Notes: a model not told the origin generated them from the letters alone. A stretch of 64,000 bases of DNA from Octopus vulgaris (GCA_951406725.2 OX597818.1:120342001-120406000); one strand, 5' to 3'. Positions 37,421 through 51,749 are shown, counted from the first letter of the stretch. Translations and numbers: made by a program.

Positions 37421-37520
37421 ATGTATACATGTCTTGAGTACGTATATTACACATTCAGTTTTAAATATACAGACACTATTTTATATACTTAGGTGTGTGA
37501 ATATGCACATATACAATTTT
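37056..37520. repeat. Minisatellite, about four ~115-130-bp units
   Basis: Unit gtatacatgtcttg..acacattcagttttaaatatac..ggtgtgtgaatatgtacatatacaat restarts at ~37056, 37175, 37290 and 37423. Confidence 0.9.
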
Positions 37521-38969
37521 AATATAAACATGTTATGTGCATGTATAATGAATGTGTGAATCTCTCTCTCTCTTTCTCTCTCTCTTCGTATGAAGTCTTC
37601 ATTGTGAATGTTGATGAAGATCCTTGTAATATCGATTTTATATTTGGATCTCGTGCACTGAACAGGACATTCCACGGCACCTATCACTTCCTGGATTGTC
37701 AAATGGTAGAACGGAAAAGGAATATTAATTAAAAAAAAAAATAAATAAAAAGGACCAAAAAAATATTTTCCTTTTTTTTTTTCCTCAATATATTTTATAA
37801 CTGATATATCGGGAATTCCTCGACATACTCTCATACCAAATGGTTGAGTAATTCTGTTGCACTTTTCATACTCCCCCCTCAATACACTCCTGCATAGCAG
37901 TCCCTGATTTCTTCAGAGAATCGTTCCTGCTACACTTGTTGGTAATAGTACTGTTGCAGCGGCTGATGTTGCAATAGTTTGAGCCTGCTGCAACTGGAAG
38001 GCACTGTTGTAGTTCTGCTTTCATACTGGGTGGTGGGGGAATGTTTCTTTGTTAGAAAATGTTAATGCATTGTTTAGCCATAACTCCACCTTGCCGCCGA
38101 CATCTAACTTAAATTTATTCACGAGAGCCAACTAGGAAGTGAGCCTTTGTGGTCGCTCGACCGATTAGAAACAGCAGTCAGATCTAACTAAAACCATGCA
38201 TACCGGCATACAATAGAAAAGACAGTGATTCGCACCTATTTTAATTTTGCAATACAGTCTTTACATACATAAAAATATGACATGGTCACGTCTGGAATGC
38301 ATTTGATCATAGATCTGCCCTATCAAGTATGACCCAGGGTTAAACAACACCATAAATTTATTCAGTTATCTGATGCCTAAATCGGTGGATTGTCGCATCT
38401 TTATGTCCGTTCATCCAATAGCAACAGTTTAGGATTTCATTAAATCTGGTGTTGCCAAGTCTCTGTAATATGGGTTTTCTTTCATTGCAGCCATTTGTAA
38501 ATCTTCATCTTGCGGGCTACTTCCTCTCCTTAATAAAATAAAATCTCCAATCATGATTATGAGTGCAGCCTATAACAGTGCCACATTACCGATTCTTGCT
38601 GCTGAAGGGGACTCTGTTTCTAACCCAAATTATTGTTTTGATTCTTTAAACTTAACTTAATGGGCTTTTTTGGAGGGAGATGGGTTTAATCGGATATAGT
38701 AATAAAAACATCTGTCATGTTTGTATATTTTTAGTTTACATCTATTTTATTGTTTCATCATCGACTCTGCGTAAACCACCATTTTTACAGCTTCTTATAA
38801 TGTACCCATCCTTTGTCACCCTTTTGACATATTTTTATTAGTTCTCGTCCTGCTGATGTTCAAACCTTAGCCGTTCATCTTTTCGGGATCCATAAAATAC
38901 CAGTCAAGAACCGAGGTTAATTTGATCGGATCCTCCACCTCCCAATAAAGCACTCTATGTAACTGGAAT

Positions 38970-39147
38970 CAAGCCCGTCACCACACTCTGGTGCCTAGGG
39001 ATGCTTCAGAATATTCTGGGTGGGCACTAATTTGTAATAATGTCTAAGTGGAGTTTCGACAATAAGTGCATCACTGTAAATCTGAGGGTACACCGTTGAA
39101 CAGTAAGGAGGCAGTGCCGGCGGTGCACCCCCTTAGCGACGGACATG
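38970..39147. mobile_element. Small hAT-like MITE
   Basis: TIR caagcccgtcac / gcgacggacatg; 8-bp TSD ACTGGAAT/ATTGGAAT. Confidence 0.6.
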
Positions 39148-40141
39148 ATTGGAATTATAATGGCTATACTTACTCTTGAAAATAAAAAAAAAGGAAAAAC
39201 AAACTTATTGGGACATATTTACCTGTTAAACCAAATCAACTATATAAAACCAACTAATTTCAATTAACCCTATTATTATTTCTCCGAAAACTTTAAGTAG
39301 CGAAAATCAGAACTGCTTTCTCTTCTTGTTAATCAGGAAGAAAATGCAACAGTGATTGAAAATATCTAATATCATGGGACCACCTGTGAGAACGACACCC
39401 AATATGTCCTCCATTCTATTTTAAAAACAGAAACACCTGATTTGAAATTACTGTGACTATTTCTTGACAGTCGGTCGACCGTTTAGATTTTTAAAATTAT
39501 TATTGACTCGTTACTAACTATTAAATGTAGAATGTGTTCTAATAGTGAAAACAAATGGTGGATTCAGTGAAACATTAACTATAAAAGCAAGCCAAAGATC
39601 GGGACTTAACGTGATCGTATAACCAAATTGAAAACCAAATTTCACTAACCTATTAAATATACGAAATATATGTATCTACGATCTAGAACACCATTAAATG
39701 AGAATTCTTAAAGCCTTAGAGCAACAGCTGGACCACTGCATTCTGAGTTCAAATACCGCGAGGTCAACTTTACTGTCCATATTTTCGGGTCGATAAAATA
39801 CCAGTGATGTATTATGGTTGGTTTTACATTATACCTCAGTGACATGAATAGTCATAACAAAACAAAACCGGATGACAACAGTTTCAACCTCATTTTTTAA
39901 TCAAACGGTCATTCAGGGCTGACCTGGGATTAACCAACAACAACAACAAAGAAAGAGATTTATTATTGTCTCTCTCTCCTCCCTGCCTCTTCTTCATATT
40001 CTCGCAATAGTTTCATTATTCTGAATCTATTTAAATCTTTCTTTTGTTTTTACTGTCCCCTTTTTCCCTTGCCATTTTTTCTTCTTTCTCGCATGACTAG
40101 TATATATTTTCCCATAAATATATTTTACAATTTCGGGGTTT

Positions 40142-40365
40142 AGGTGGCGAGCTGGCAGACACGTTAACGTGCCGGGCGAAATGCTTAGCAGTATTTCGTC
40201 TGTCGTTACGTTCTGAGTTCAAATTCCGCCGAGGTTGACTTCACCTTTCATTCTTTCGGGGGTCGATAAATAAAGTACCAGTTGCGCACTGGGGTCGATG
40301 TAATCGACTTTATCCATTTGTCTGTCCTTGTTTGTCCCCTCTATGTTTAGCCCCAATAAAGAAAT
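40142..40365 (+). mobile_element. SINE family 1, full length, tail type B (Tx1-like)
   Basis: Family 1 head and core, then ..gtttgtcccctctatgtttagcccc aataaagaaata. Confidence 0.88.
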
Positions 40366-42889
40366 ATATATTTTACAATTTCGGAGTTGACGGCTAATAA
40401 TCAAGTGAGCCGCAAATAGTGAGTTGTTTATAGCTATCAAATACGAGGTTCGGTATAATTGAGTGTATTTCTCAAGAACCTGTGGCTTGTTTGTTAGAAA
40501 TCATTCTCACTCTCTTTCATACACACTGTCTCTATTTCTTTCTCTCTTTCTTTCCGACACTGTCCACCCCTCTCTCTATCTCTGTGAGTTTTCACTCTCC
40601 CAGACTCTGTCCGTCTCTCTGATTCTCTCTCCTAGCCACACAAGTATCGTGAGTAACAGATGGTAGAGACCTTCGTGATATTTACTTAAATCTGTTCTGT
40701 TTTCAAATGTCTTTTCTTGCTTCCCGGCTTAGAAAAATGAGTACCAGAAGGCTTATGCAAATATTAAAATGTTATTTCTCTACAAACGCGAAATATATCT
40801 CTAGCTACTACCCTTAGCAATTGCATTGTCTGCAGTAGATAAGGACTCACATTTAGGAAGAACTCCAATATTTCTTCTCTCTTTATCGTTTCTTGTTTAG
40901 CCTCTGATCAACTCCAATGAAGTAATAATTCTCAAGCCAACGAGAAAAATCTGTACACGTTCACTCAACGTGCTAAAAATAACAAGCAAATCCTCTTTAA
41001 AAAATACATGTTGGACCTTGCAGTATTTGATCCAGAAACTAACTGAAATTACCAGACTTCGGTTTCAAAAGGGGTTCAAGTCTTGACCAGCTTATCCAGG
41101 TTCAATCATAGTATTCATTAGGATAGAAGTACATTGTCAAATGTGTTGTTTCTTTTTCATGTCAGTAAGACGTAATTTTGACGGAGATTTGGTTAATATT
41201 TCTAGCAATTCGAACATCCACATAAAGGTTTACTTGTAAGTTTGTACGCTTCTAGGGAGCAATAAACTATGACAAGCTGGCAAGAACTACTGTTATTTTT
41301 TTTTTTTTGTACACACAGTATGATTTTGATTCCAGTAGAGTTAATTATTATCATGCGTTGAAAAATTACTGGGAGCAATTAACCAAAAACGGTGGCATTT
41401 TTGACGTAATAAGCCAAGAAATTTTAATGAGAATTTTCAACCTTACTGATGAGGACAATCATTTTTTTTTTTTAATGGCAACATCTAGTGAACCAAATAA
41501 AATTAAATATAGAATGATTTAGAACATTTCGATATTATAGCTGTGAAAACAGCCTGATCTTTAACATTATGCTATTGTCGCTGTATTTGTAGAGTAGCTG
41601 TACAGTGATGTACCCTTCTCTCATAGAATTCATCCGTTAGCCATATTGTACTGTAAAGTCTTCTGTACTCTAATGAAAATTTAAACGAGGGAAGCTCTAC
41701 CTGGTAGTGCAACTTGCAAGAAATAGCTACTAAATCGCCTCGTGTCATATCCAACCGTTTCTGGAAAAAAGGGAAAAAATATATATTGGATAATATAGAC
41801 CTAAATATATTATGCCTGGAATCTTAAAAAAGAAAATGGTTTCATGTGAGCATTTTTGATCAAGTTTAATTTGGTACTAACCAAACTTGTTCGTGTCTTT
41901 GTGACTGTAGAGCTTAGCTACCTTTCACATTAAATGAAAAAAATGAACTTGGGTATGTCTGTCTATGACTATAAACATTATTTATTTTGAGATTGATAAA
42001 ATAATGATAACCCCTTATTTTTTACTACTAAGGGTAAAACACTGGGCGTTGGTGTGGGTAGATTACTAAGTCAGAAATCAAAAGTTGTTCCTCTTCCTCC
42101 GCAACTTTGAAAGGGGAAGAAAAAACCCCATTAAAACTTTACAAAATATCACTGTTAATCTATTTTCAAATATTTATATCTAGATATATCGATAGATTTG
42201 ACTTGTTGAATCATATTTTTGTGTATCTGTTCTGAGTATGTGTGTTATATATATGTATAACGCCATTTCAATTTATTTACATATATCCATGTAAGGATAT
42301 CGTCTGTGTGTTTTTAGACTTCTTTTCGTTGTATATATGTGTTGTGCTTCTACATTAATGTGTTTCTGCGTATCTCTGTATATGTCTGTGTTCTGTCATT
42401 GTTTTCATTGTGTATGCCAGTGGTTACTTCTCTCAGTGTTACATTATATGTTGAAGAGAAAACCTGTTTGTACAAGTTTGTATTCATCTATTTTCTTCCT
42501 TGTTCTATTGTGATGCTGGATAGTTTTTTCCTTTTTTTTTTTTCCTTTTAATAATATTTTGTCTATATAGCAATTTTTTTCTGAGTTGCTCAATTTTCCC
42601 TTGCAACCTGAGAAGTACTTTCAGCGGTATTTCTCTTGGTGTTAACACTGGTCGTGTCGATAACTGTTTCAACTGTGTTCATCACATGTTTTATTCAACC
42701 TAACTGGTACTACATTATTTCAAGCACTGCTCATACAAAAAGAACGCATTACACAGCCCATTAAACATGAACGCCCGCTCCTAATAATGTTCCCAGTACC
42801 TTCTTAAAGCGTGGGCATACAATACAGTTGCCCTAAGGCCTCTCTGGCAAGTAGCTCAAAGCTGATTTATATATCCTATAGCTTGCAGT

Positions 42890-43455
42890 CAGTAGGATCC
42901 AATCCATTGATTTACCTGGGGCCTATAATGCTGTCAAGACAGCACTGGTTGCACTCCACTATCACCAGCAGTCTCTCCTGGCAAAAGCACATCCTTAGCA
43001 TGGGTTCCACTGTATTCCAGAAACAGGTCCTGAAGAGAAGGACCACAGAGTATTTCAATCCCCAGCAACTGCTATCATTCTATAAGACTCAAATGAGGTC
43101 CATAATGGAATCCTACTCCCATTTCTTTAGACAGTGCTGCTACAATGCGCACAGACATCCTAGATCACATCCAGAGATGGTGGGTGGACACTTGACCAAT
43201 TGGTATTCAGTCACATACAGACATACTCTAATATCTGGCCTGCTTACTGTCTTTTCTCTCTGTATTTTCTGCTGCTACTCCAATTGGCCCACTTCCTCTG
43301 AACTGGCCGATCTCATACCCCCACCACTCCTTTCCACTTCTCGTCACTCTTAGGGTGCTCCCACCCCTAACTAGTTATGTCCAGTCTTTCCTCCTCAGAA
43401 CATCATACCTCTAGAATCTCTCCGCCCCTCACTTTCCTGCAAGTGTTGACCTATA
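42890..43455 (+). pseudogene. Jockey/CR1-like LINE RT C-terminal relic
   Basis: TITSSLSWQKHI..YFNPQQLLSFYKTQMRSIMESYSH matches the LxWxxHI..LYKxxIRPxMEYxS motif. Confidence 0.7.
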
Positions 43456-43457
43456 AT

Positions 43458-43770
43458 AGCGAAGGCACGTGGCTTAGTGGTTAAGGTATTTGGCTCCCAA
43501 TCTTAAGGTTGTGAGTTCAATTCCTGGTGATATGTTGTGTCCTTAAACGAGACACTTCATTTTATGTTGCTCAACCAGCAAAAATTAGTTGTACCTGTAA
43601 TTCAATGGTGCCAACCTTGACACATTTTGTGTTATGCTGAATCTCCCTGAGAACTATACTAAGAGTACATGTGTCTGTGGAGTGTTCAGTCACTCGCATG
43701 TTAATTTCAGGAGCCGGCTGTTCCATGGATTGAATCACCTGGAACCTTCATCATCATAACCGGAATGCCA
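43458..43770 (+). mobile_element. SINE family 4 head plus the tail shared with 32030-32347
   Basis: gaaggcacgtggcttagtggtt..gagttcaattcc; ctgaatctccctgagaacta..tggaaccttcatcatcataacc. Confidence 0.72.
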
Positions 43771-43866
43771 TTTCTTTTCCTGTTTTTGACTTGCAGTAGT
43801 TAAATGGGACATTAACAACATCAAATTCAAGAGACTTGTATCTTGGAAAGGTCTTTATGCTAATAA

Positions 43867-44148
43867 CTAGCACTATGACCTGGCAACGCCGGGTCATACA
43901 GCTGGCTGGCATTCAATTGGCGTATCAAGTTTTGGGCATTTTGATTGGGTTTTGGATAGAAAATTCACAAAAATGTCACTTCTGTTGATTTTTTAATGGC
44001 TTTGCAGGGTGGCAGGGGAATTGTAAAGATGTGCACAACCATTCATGGGTGGTTTTGAATGACCATAGAAAGTGCGAGCCCTCAAACTTAAAAATTGTGG
44101 ATTTGTATAAAGGACACACACACAGACAGACATTTTGCCATATAGAGA
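43867..44148 (-). mobile_element. Non-autonomous Helitron (internally deleted copy)
   Basis: Minus strand 5' TC, subterminal hairpin, CTAG 3', inserted between A and T; homolog of 53781-54146. Confidence 0.82.
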
Positions 44149-44479
44149 TAAATACATGCATTGGTTCTATATTATTTCTATATTAGTCAGTTGCTTAACT
44201 AATTAATTAATCAATTGTTTGATTAATCATTTGGTCAGTCAATCAGTCAACTAGATTTGTCAAAAATTTTTCACCACCATTCTGAAGCAGACCTGGATTA
44301 GAGAGGACATGTCATTGATGAGGTCGTGCATGGCAATGAAAGGACTTTGACAGACTTAGCTGATTGATTGATTGTTTGGTCAAACAATTCAGCAAATGAT
44401 CAACTGGTTAATAAAAATAAAGAAGTGAATTAAAACCAGTGTGTGTGTGTGTGTCTAGGTGTTATTGGCATATAGAAAA

Positions 44480-44785
44480 TGATGAGTTGGTAGAATTGTT
44501 AGCACACTAGATGAAATGCTTCACCATATTTCTTCTGGCTTTATGTTCCATGTTCAAATTCCACTGAGGTTGTCTCTGTCTTTCATACTTTCTGGGTTGA
44601 TAAAATAGTACCAGGTGAGTACTGGGGTTGAGCTAATCAACTAGCAACCTCTCCCATCAAATTTCAGGCCTTGTACTCTTTTACTTGTTTCAGTCATTTG
44701 ACTGTGCCCATGTTGGAGTACTGCCTTTAGTCGAGCAAATCGACCCCAAGACTTATTCTTTGTAAGCCTAGTACTTATTCTATTG
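44480..44785. mobile_element. Decayed SINE family 1 (+) fused tail-to-tail with a SINE family 2 tail (-)
   Basis: Homology to both families; junction near 44675. Confidence 0.65.
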
Positions 44786-45537
44786 GGCTGGTCCAAGCAA
44801 CAAGAGCATAACACATAGGGCTGTTGCAACAACAGCAGTGTACTCTAAATTGTCTGTTATTTCAGCTTCTCCAGTTAATGTGTCAGTTAGTTTGCACTAG
44901 GAAGATAAGCTATTATTTCTACTAACCTTTCTTTGTCTTCCATCCTTTAGCAGGGGTCATTAAAGATTTAGAAAAAAAACCCCAAAAAAACACCAGTCAA
45001 GTTACTTGGAGCAATTAATTTGACTGTAGCCTTACCTCCCAAATATGTACTATTGTAGCAAAATGAAGAATAAATATTCTGTTAATGCCAACATAGTGAG
45101 ATGTCCTACCTTGGTTTGATGTTTGTGACCAGAAATAACTCCATGAATCAAATTATAGATGAACAGCTAATTTTACATGTAGGACATATTAGACGTAAGT
45201 ATTAATTCTAAAATAGGAAATAACAGGCTCACTGACTGGTTTCTATTTCTGTCTGAAATTAGTGTCTATAATGGTTAATATCATTTACATTAAAATCTCA
45301 GCTGTTAATTTATTATTTGTTGTTAGGTTACATTGCTGCAGCAGCTAAGCAGGACAGTTAAAGTGACGGTGGTGGTAGTGTTAATTTGTAGACATACATA
45401 GTCAGCGTATAAGATAGTAATTGGATAATGAGGTATTTCAGTTTAACCTAACAGATGAGCCTTGATTGAGCAGACCTAGTGAAAAGCAGGCATTCTTTGT
45501 ATGACTTCTTGTCTTTTTAGCTATATATATATATATG

Positions 45538-45742
45538 TACTTTTTACTCTTTTACTTGTTTCAATCATTTGACTGTGGCCATGCTGGAGCACTGCCTTTA
45601 GTCGAGCAAATCGACCCCAGGACTTATTCTTTGTAAGCCTAGTACTTATTCTATCGGTCTCTTTTGCCGAACTGCTAAGTTACGGGGACGTAAACACACC
45701 GGCATTGGTTGTTAACCGATGTTGGGTGTACAAACACACAAA

Positions 45743-45786
<44 letters not shown>

Positions 45787-45922
45787 CGACGGGCTTCTTT
45801 CAGTTTCACTCAAGGCTTTGGTCGGTCCGAGGCTATAGTAGAAGATACTTGCCAAGGTACCATGCAGTGGGACTGAACCCGGAACCATGTGGTTGGTAAG
45901 CAAGCTACTTACCACACAGTGA
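45538..45922 (-). mobile_element. SINE family 2, full length
   Basis: Reverse complement of 24934-25425 with an internal (CA)n. Confidence 0.88.
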
Positions 45923-46069
45923 CTATATATATATATTTCTATATATAAAATGCCTACTAAAAGATAGTTGGCATGGCTGTGCTTAGAATCAGGCATTTGT
46001 GTGTAAAGGTGCAGGTATAACTGTGGTTGAGAAGTTTACATCCCAGTTATGTTCTTTTGAATAATGTTC

Positions 46070-46390
46070 TTCCATGCCAGTGGCACGTAAAAGGGCACCA
46101 TTCGAGCGTCATCGTTATCAACGTCGCCTTACTGGCACCTGTGCTGGTGGCATGTGTAAAAAGATTCGAGCAAGGTCGTTGCCAGTACCACCTGACTGGC
46201 CCCCGTACCGGTGGCACGTAAAAAGCACCCACTACACTCTCAGAGTAGTTGGTGTTAGGAAGGGCATCCAGCTGTAGAAACTCTGCCAAATCTAGATTGG
46301 AGCCTGGTGCAGCCATCTGGTTCACCAGCCCTCAGTTAAAATCGTCCAACCCATGCTAGCATCAAAGCGGACGTTAAACGATGATGATGG
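46070..46390 (+). mobile_element. Non-autonomous retroelement with RTE-like 3' end and (GAT)n tail
   Basis: aggaagggcatccagctgtagaa..ggacgttaaacgatgatgatg; inverted copy at 62907-63050; related tails near 46740, 49645, 57350 and 59790. Confidence 0.65.
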
Positions 46391-46959
46391 GATGATCCCA
46401 TCTGGGGTACTTTTGACAATGTCTACTTGATCATGGCACTGGGCATGTGCCTTTTGCTATAGCCATGGGCTAACCAAAGCCTTGTGAATAGATGGAAACA
46501 GAGCATCATGTGTATGGGTGTTAGTGGCTCTTTGCCTCAGCTTTGTGTGGTAGTTGTAAATGAATAGCATCATCATACAAGCTGTCATCCATTTCTTCCT
46601 TTCTGGCCTTGGATAAAATATTACCTTGTTTGGAAACAGGTGAGGTTGATGACTGGAAGCACATCCAGCCAGAGAAAATAAATTCTGTATCATCTGTGAA
46701 AGTATGGAAAATTGAACCTTAAAATGAGGATGATGATGATAGTTAGTGAGCTTCCTTACAGTTTCTGTCTACTAAATTTTGCATGCAAGGCATTTGTCAA
46801 TCAAGGCTAAGGTTGAAGACATTTGCCCAAAATGTGCTACAGTGGGATTAAACCTGATTATGAACCATGCCTGCACCCGTATTATGCAGTTTGATGCAAC
46901 CATTGTCTCAGCCATCTTTACCATGTACCATTAAAAGGCCTTTATAAAAGACCCTTTAA

Positions 46960-47160
46960 ACCTTTTGTTACCAACCCAACTGAAACTGGCCTTGGCTCTG
47001 AATACAAATGTCTTGTTTTCATAAGTTTTGAATTAAAATCTTCCACCAAACCTTAGTCACAATTTATGTTCCTAACACTAGCTGAATGATAACTAAGTTA
47101 TATTTAGAATTAATTGAAAGAAACACAGAGTATCTCAACATAAATATGGTCACAAAAGGG
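46960..47160 (+). mobile_element. piggyBac-like MITE family 1
   Basis: TTAA flanks, degenerate CCCTTTCGTTACC TIR. Confidence 0.8.
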
Positions 47161-47191
47161 TTAAAATATATAATAGAGAAATAATTCTTAA

Positions 47192-47411
47192 CCCTTTCAT
47201 TACCAACCTGGCTGAAACCAGCTCTGGCTCTGAGTGCAAATGTCTTGTTTTCAAAAGTTCTGAATTGAAATCTTCCATTTAACCTTAGTCACAATTTATG
47301 TTCCTAATACTAGCTGAATGATAACTAAGTTACTTTACTAAATTCTTTGTTATATTTAAAGTAATTAAAAGAAACACAGAGCATCTCAATATATATACAG
47401 TAACGAAAGGG
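47192..47411 (+). mobile_element. piggyBac-like MITE family 1
   Basis: TTAA|CCCTTTCATTACC..AGTAACGAAAGGG|TTAA. Confidence 0.88.
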
Positions 47412-48279
47412 TTAATGGTACATCTAAACTCATTGACATCCTCTTGTTACCAACACAGACCCTTCTTAGATTTTTCTGATTTCAGACTTTACTCTAACCA
47501 TATTAATTATCTTTGATCAGCTGATTCATTGAAAACTAACAGATTTTCATTCAGATAACATAAATTTTTTTTTTCCTTTTTTCAAATGATTTTCTGTAAT
47601 TACTTTATCATAAATGGATATTTCTAAAAGTGCTAATATTTTTACTAAATACTATTCTGCAATTAGTAGTATAAAAATTTTTTTAGAATTACTTAAAATC
47701 ACATTTTAGTAATATTTTTAAATACTACTTTGTAATATTTTTATAGCTTTTAATGTGTTTAAATATCTTACGATCTGAATGTATCCGCTTATGTACATTA
47801 ATAGAAAGAGCTAACACCACAAAATTTCTTTTTTTTTTATTGCATGAATCAAATTTTTCTTACAGGAATTAAATTTTCAATTTACTTATCAAAAAAATAT
47901 TGTTCTATCTTTATTTTGATCCAGTGGTATCTTTTCTTCTTTGAACCATTTTGCTGTAGCAATTTACGTAAGTCAATGTAAATTTGCAGAAATCTCTACC
48001 ATCTAAATATAGAAAAATCATTACAAAATTAATTACCAGGACAATCCCTATAATAACTTTTATGATAAAGATGACTGAAGTAACAAGTGTTTTCCTGACA
48101 CCAGTCTTGATAATCACTTAGAAAAATATAACCAATGAAATTACTCATTATGATCTACAGTATCCTCTTAGTTGAACCAACATGAGAGCCTTTATATGGT
48201 CATTCAACCTGCTGGAAATAACAGCCAAACCTCTCCCCCTACTGTCTAAAAATTAAATGGAAAGGACATTTTAGATAAT

Positions 48280-48679
48280 GGATCTTTTCGGTTTGAACGG
48301 CAGTTTTTAACATAATTTCTAGGTAACTAAAAAATTTTAAACTTTGTATACTGGTAAAATGTGTTTATAAAACATCTTTTTCTCTTGGCTTTATTGAGAA
48401 AATTCTATAGTTTGTAAGATATTTCTTGTTTTTTTTCTTCAATTTCTGCAATTTCAACCAATCACTGGCATCCATTGAGGTAAAAAACATTCTGTGCCGT
48501 ATGAATATGTCCCTCGTTTAAGAAACAGATTGGGTTTATTTACATTTGGAAGAAAAAAGATACCCTAACTAACCCTAACACAGATTGAAATGCAATAGAT
48601 CAATACTAGGGTCATAATTATGGGTGACAATTTCATATGACACCGCTAGAAAAAACTGCCGGTCAAACCGAAAAAATCC
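48280..48679 (+). mobile_element. Merlin-like MITE inserted in the old (CAA)-tailed repeat
   Basis: Perfect TSD TAGATAAT (48272-48279, 48680-48687). Confidence 0.9.
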
Positions 48680-48949
48680 TAGATAATGTATATTGTAAAA
48701 ACTTGACATGGTCCCAGCTAGAATGCTGTTTATTAATCATAAATCTATTTGTTGATTGAGAACTACATTAACACCATCAACAGCCAGCTTTTTTTAGTAC
48801 TAAATATATGATAGAAATGTTATTGTATGTTAATTTACTGTTATTTTGTTTGATGGAGTGAAGAGGACTGGCTGTGTAGGTTTCTAGTTATATCTCTTTC
48901 TAATCTTGCTGAAGTTCAGCTTTAGCTTTCATCCTTCTGGCATCAATTG

Positions 48950-49285
48950 AGACCCCCTTCGGTCATGAATGACCATGGGATTTCACCTAGAAAGTTACCC
49001 TCTCAGGCACAAGTCAGGGCAAGGTTGTTTATGGAAGACCAGCAGTCGCCCATGCATACCAGCCTCCCCTATCCACACCACTGATGTTATCCAAGGGAAA
49101 GGCAAAGGCCGATACAGCTTGGCACCAGTGATGTCACAACTCATTTCTCCAGCTGAGTGAAATGAAGCAACGTAAAATAAAGTGTCTTGCTCAAGAACAC
49201 AACATGCAGCCCAGTTTGGGAATTGAACTTACAACCTCATGATCGTAAGCTCAATGCTCTAACCACTGAACCATGCACCTTCACA
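48950..49285 (-). mobile_element. SINE family 4 head plus a third tail type
   Basis: Minus head gaaggtgcatggttcagtggttagagc..gttcaattcc..ttcttgagcaagacact resembles 43458; different 3' half. Confidence 0.72.
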
Positions 49286-51749
49286 TCAATTAATAGCATT
49301 CAAATTATGGAACAGTTGAAGCATAATGGTTTTGTGATAATTGTCACTGCATAGCACGTTGGGCAAATGTCTTCTATTACAGACCAAGGATAATCAGTCT
49401 TGTGAGTGAATTTCATAGATGGAAACTGAAAGAAGCTTTGTGTATATGTATGTGTCTCTGAGTGTGCATCCACATTTGTACACACACACATTTCATGTTT
49501 TGCTTACCAGAATTTTTCAACCTCTCCAAATGCTTGTGAGAATATCCATGTAAATGAAATAAAAACAGGCTAGTTTGTAATGGTTTGGAGTTATATGACA
49601 TAATAAAATCAAACCATATATCGATATTTTGAATGCATTTAATATCATCATTTAACATCCATTTTTCTATGCTTGCATGGGTCAAGTGGAATTTGTTGAG
49701 GCAAATTTTCTTTGCCATGGTGCTCTTTCTGTTGCCAACCGTTCTCTTTTCAAGCAAGGTAATATTTCCCGTGACCAGACATATTTTTCCACAGAACACT
49801 AGAAATGAACCACATCGCTTGTATGACAGTGATGCTCATCTACGACCACCGTGTGTGTGTCTCCTTGTCTTGACATCACATGTTTACTGTAAATAAATGT
49901 CACCATCTCACAATCTGCTTCAGCAAATTCCACCTGACTCAGGAAGCATGGAAAATTGAATGTTGAAACATTGGTAATGATGCAATAACATATCTCACAT
50001 ATCCAATATGCTTAAGTCCGTGCAGGTCAATGCCCGGCCTTGCCATTCACACCAAAAGCTACAAAAACTATGTAGTTAGTTGTGTTCATCAAAACTTATG
50101 TGATGTGACAGTCAACATATACAACAGCTATCTTTATCTAAAAGATTGCTAAAAGATTTGTGTTCAGTTTATTAAATATTGTACATGTCATTGAATCAAA
50201 GCAAAGAAATCTTCTTCTGCTTCTCCAGATTGGAAATGGTATTGACAAGATTTCTATAATCTAAATGACAAGAAACCTTGAATTTATCTTTTTTGAGAGA
50301 TAATGCTTCCAATGTATGGAAGTCAAATATATTGATAAATTGTTGAAAAATTTTCTTATACACTAGAGGGAGGGAAAATTAATAACAAAACGAAAAGCAT
50401 TTCTGAGAAAAATTGTGAAAATGTTGCTGATCTCAGGTGGTGTTTTGTTGTTTACGAGAGTTTAGGAGTGGAATATTTAGAAATTGTGCAATGATTAAGA
50501 TTTCTGCAATGCTAAGAGCAGTGTATGTGATACATCTAATACATATTAGATACAATATGAGATCTAATATCAGATATGAGATATTGCAATCTAATGCAAA
50601 TGTAGGATATATATCTATATATATATATATTTTTTCACTATACATGTAAAAACAGATAAAATGTTGATATGAACATTTACTCTCTTTTTTTTTTTATTAT
50701 ATAAAGCAATCTCAGTTTCTGGCTAAGTAGGACCTTATTCTATTGTGATTTTTATTTTATATTATTTTTATTTCGTATTATTAGATATCAAACATAAACT
50801 GAAAAAATAATTTCACCAGGAATCCAAAGTACTCAAAAGTGATGTTGTTCTTTATCTTTTACTTGTTTTAGTCAGTGGTTTGCAGTCATGTTGGGGTACT
50901 GCCTTGTTGGGTTTTAGCCTAACAAATCAACTCTCTATCAGGCTCTTTTGCTGAACCACTAAGTTACAAGTTTATAAACAAGCTAACATTGGTTGTCAAG
51001 CAGTGACACACACACAGTGGTCTTTCACACAGTTTCCCCTCTAGCAAATTCACTCACATGGAATTGGTCAGCCTGGGGTTATAGTAGAAGACACTTGCCC
51101 ATGGTGCCTCACAGTGGGACTGAACTTGAAACCACATGGTTTCTGTATAATCCTGTACTTTATTTTATCAACATCAGAATGATGAAAGTCAGCCATGTAA
51201 GGTGAAAATTACACACAGAATGTAAAGGGATACGACCAAATATTGCAAGGTATTTTATCTGTCGCTCTACCAATTTTGCTATCTTTCAGTCATTTGTTTG
51301 TTTAAGATCAGAATAAACATTCTAAATTTTCACTTTATAAGATCTTATCGTTGAATGTTCTAAGATATTTATTTACCAGTTTTAATTTCTTATCATTTCA
51401 AGTAGGGAGTAATGGCTTTCTATTTTGAGAAGATGAAATGCTGGAAATTAAATTAGGCTTGTATTTAAAGAAAAAAGGGGGAGCAGGAACTTAAAATTAA
51501 TATTATTTTGAATTCTGATCATGTGTGTGTATATGTACACATGCATGTGTATAGTACCTACACACACATTTTAAAACTCTTGATCAGATTACAAATTTCA
51601 TAGTATGGTTTAGATAGGCTGTGACTAGTTACAAAGAAATTTAGAAGATAACTAAATTCCTTCATAAAATCTTCAGGAGTGAAGTCTAAGAAATGAATAT
51701 AAAATTCATTAAACCCTTTTAACACCAACTTGCCTGAAGCTATTGTTTT

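Noticed and set aside
37056-37520. Regularly spaced repeats as a CRISPR-like array
   Set aside because: Whole units repeat with no unique spacers; eukaryotic context and no cas genes
38475-38545. Strong acceptor-like site ttttctttcattgcag in the tweety intron
   Set aside because: The phase-0 frame stops after 16 codons with no Tweety similarity
40590-40655. Possible micro-exon (cag or tag acceptor, GTGAGT donor at 40649)
   Set aside because: CT-rich low-complexity context makes chance sites likely, and the peptide is uninformative
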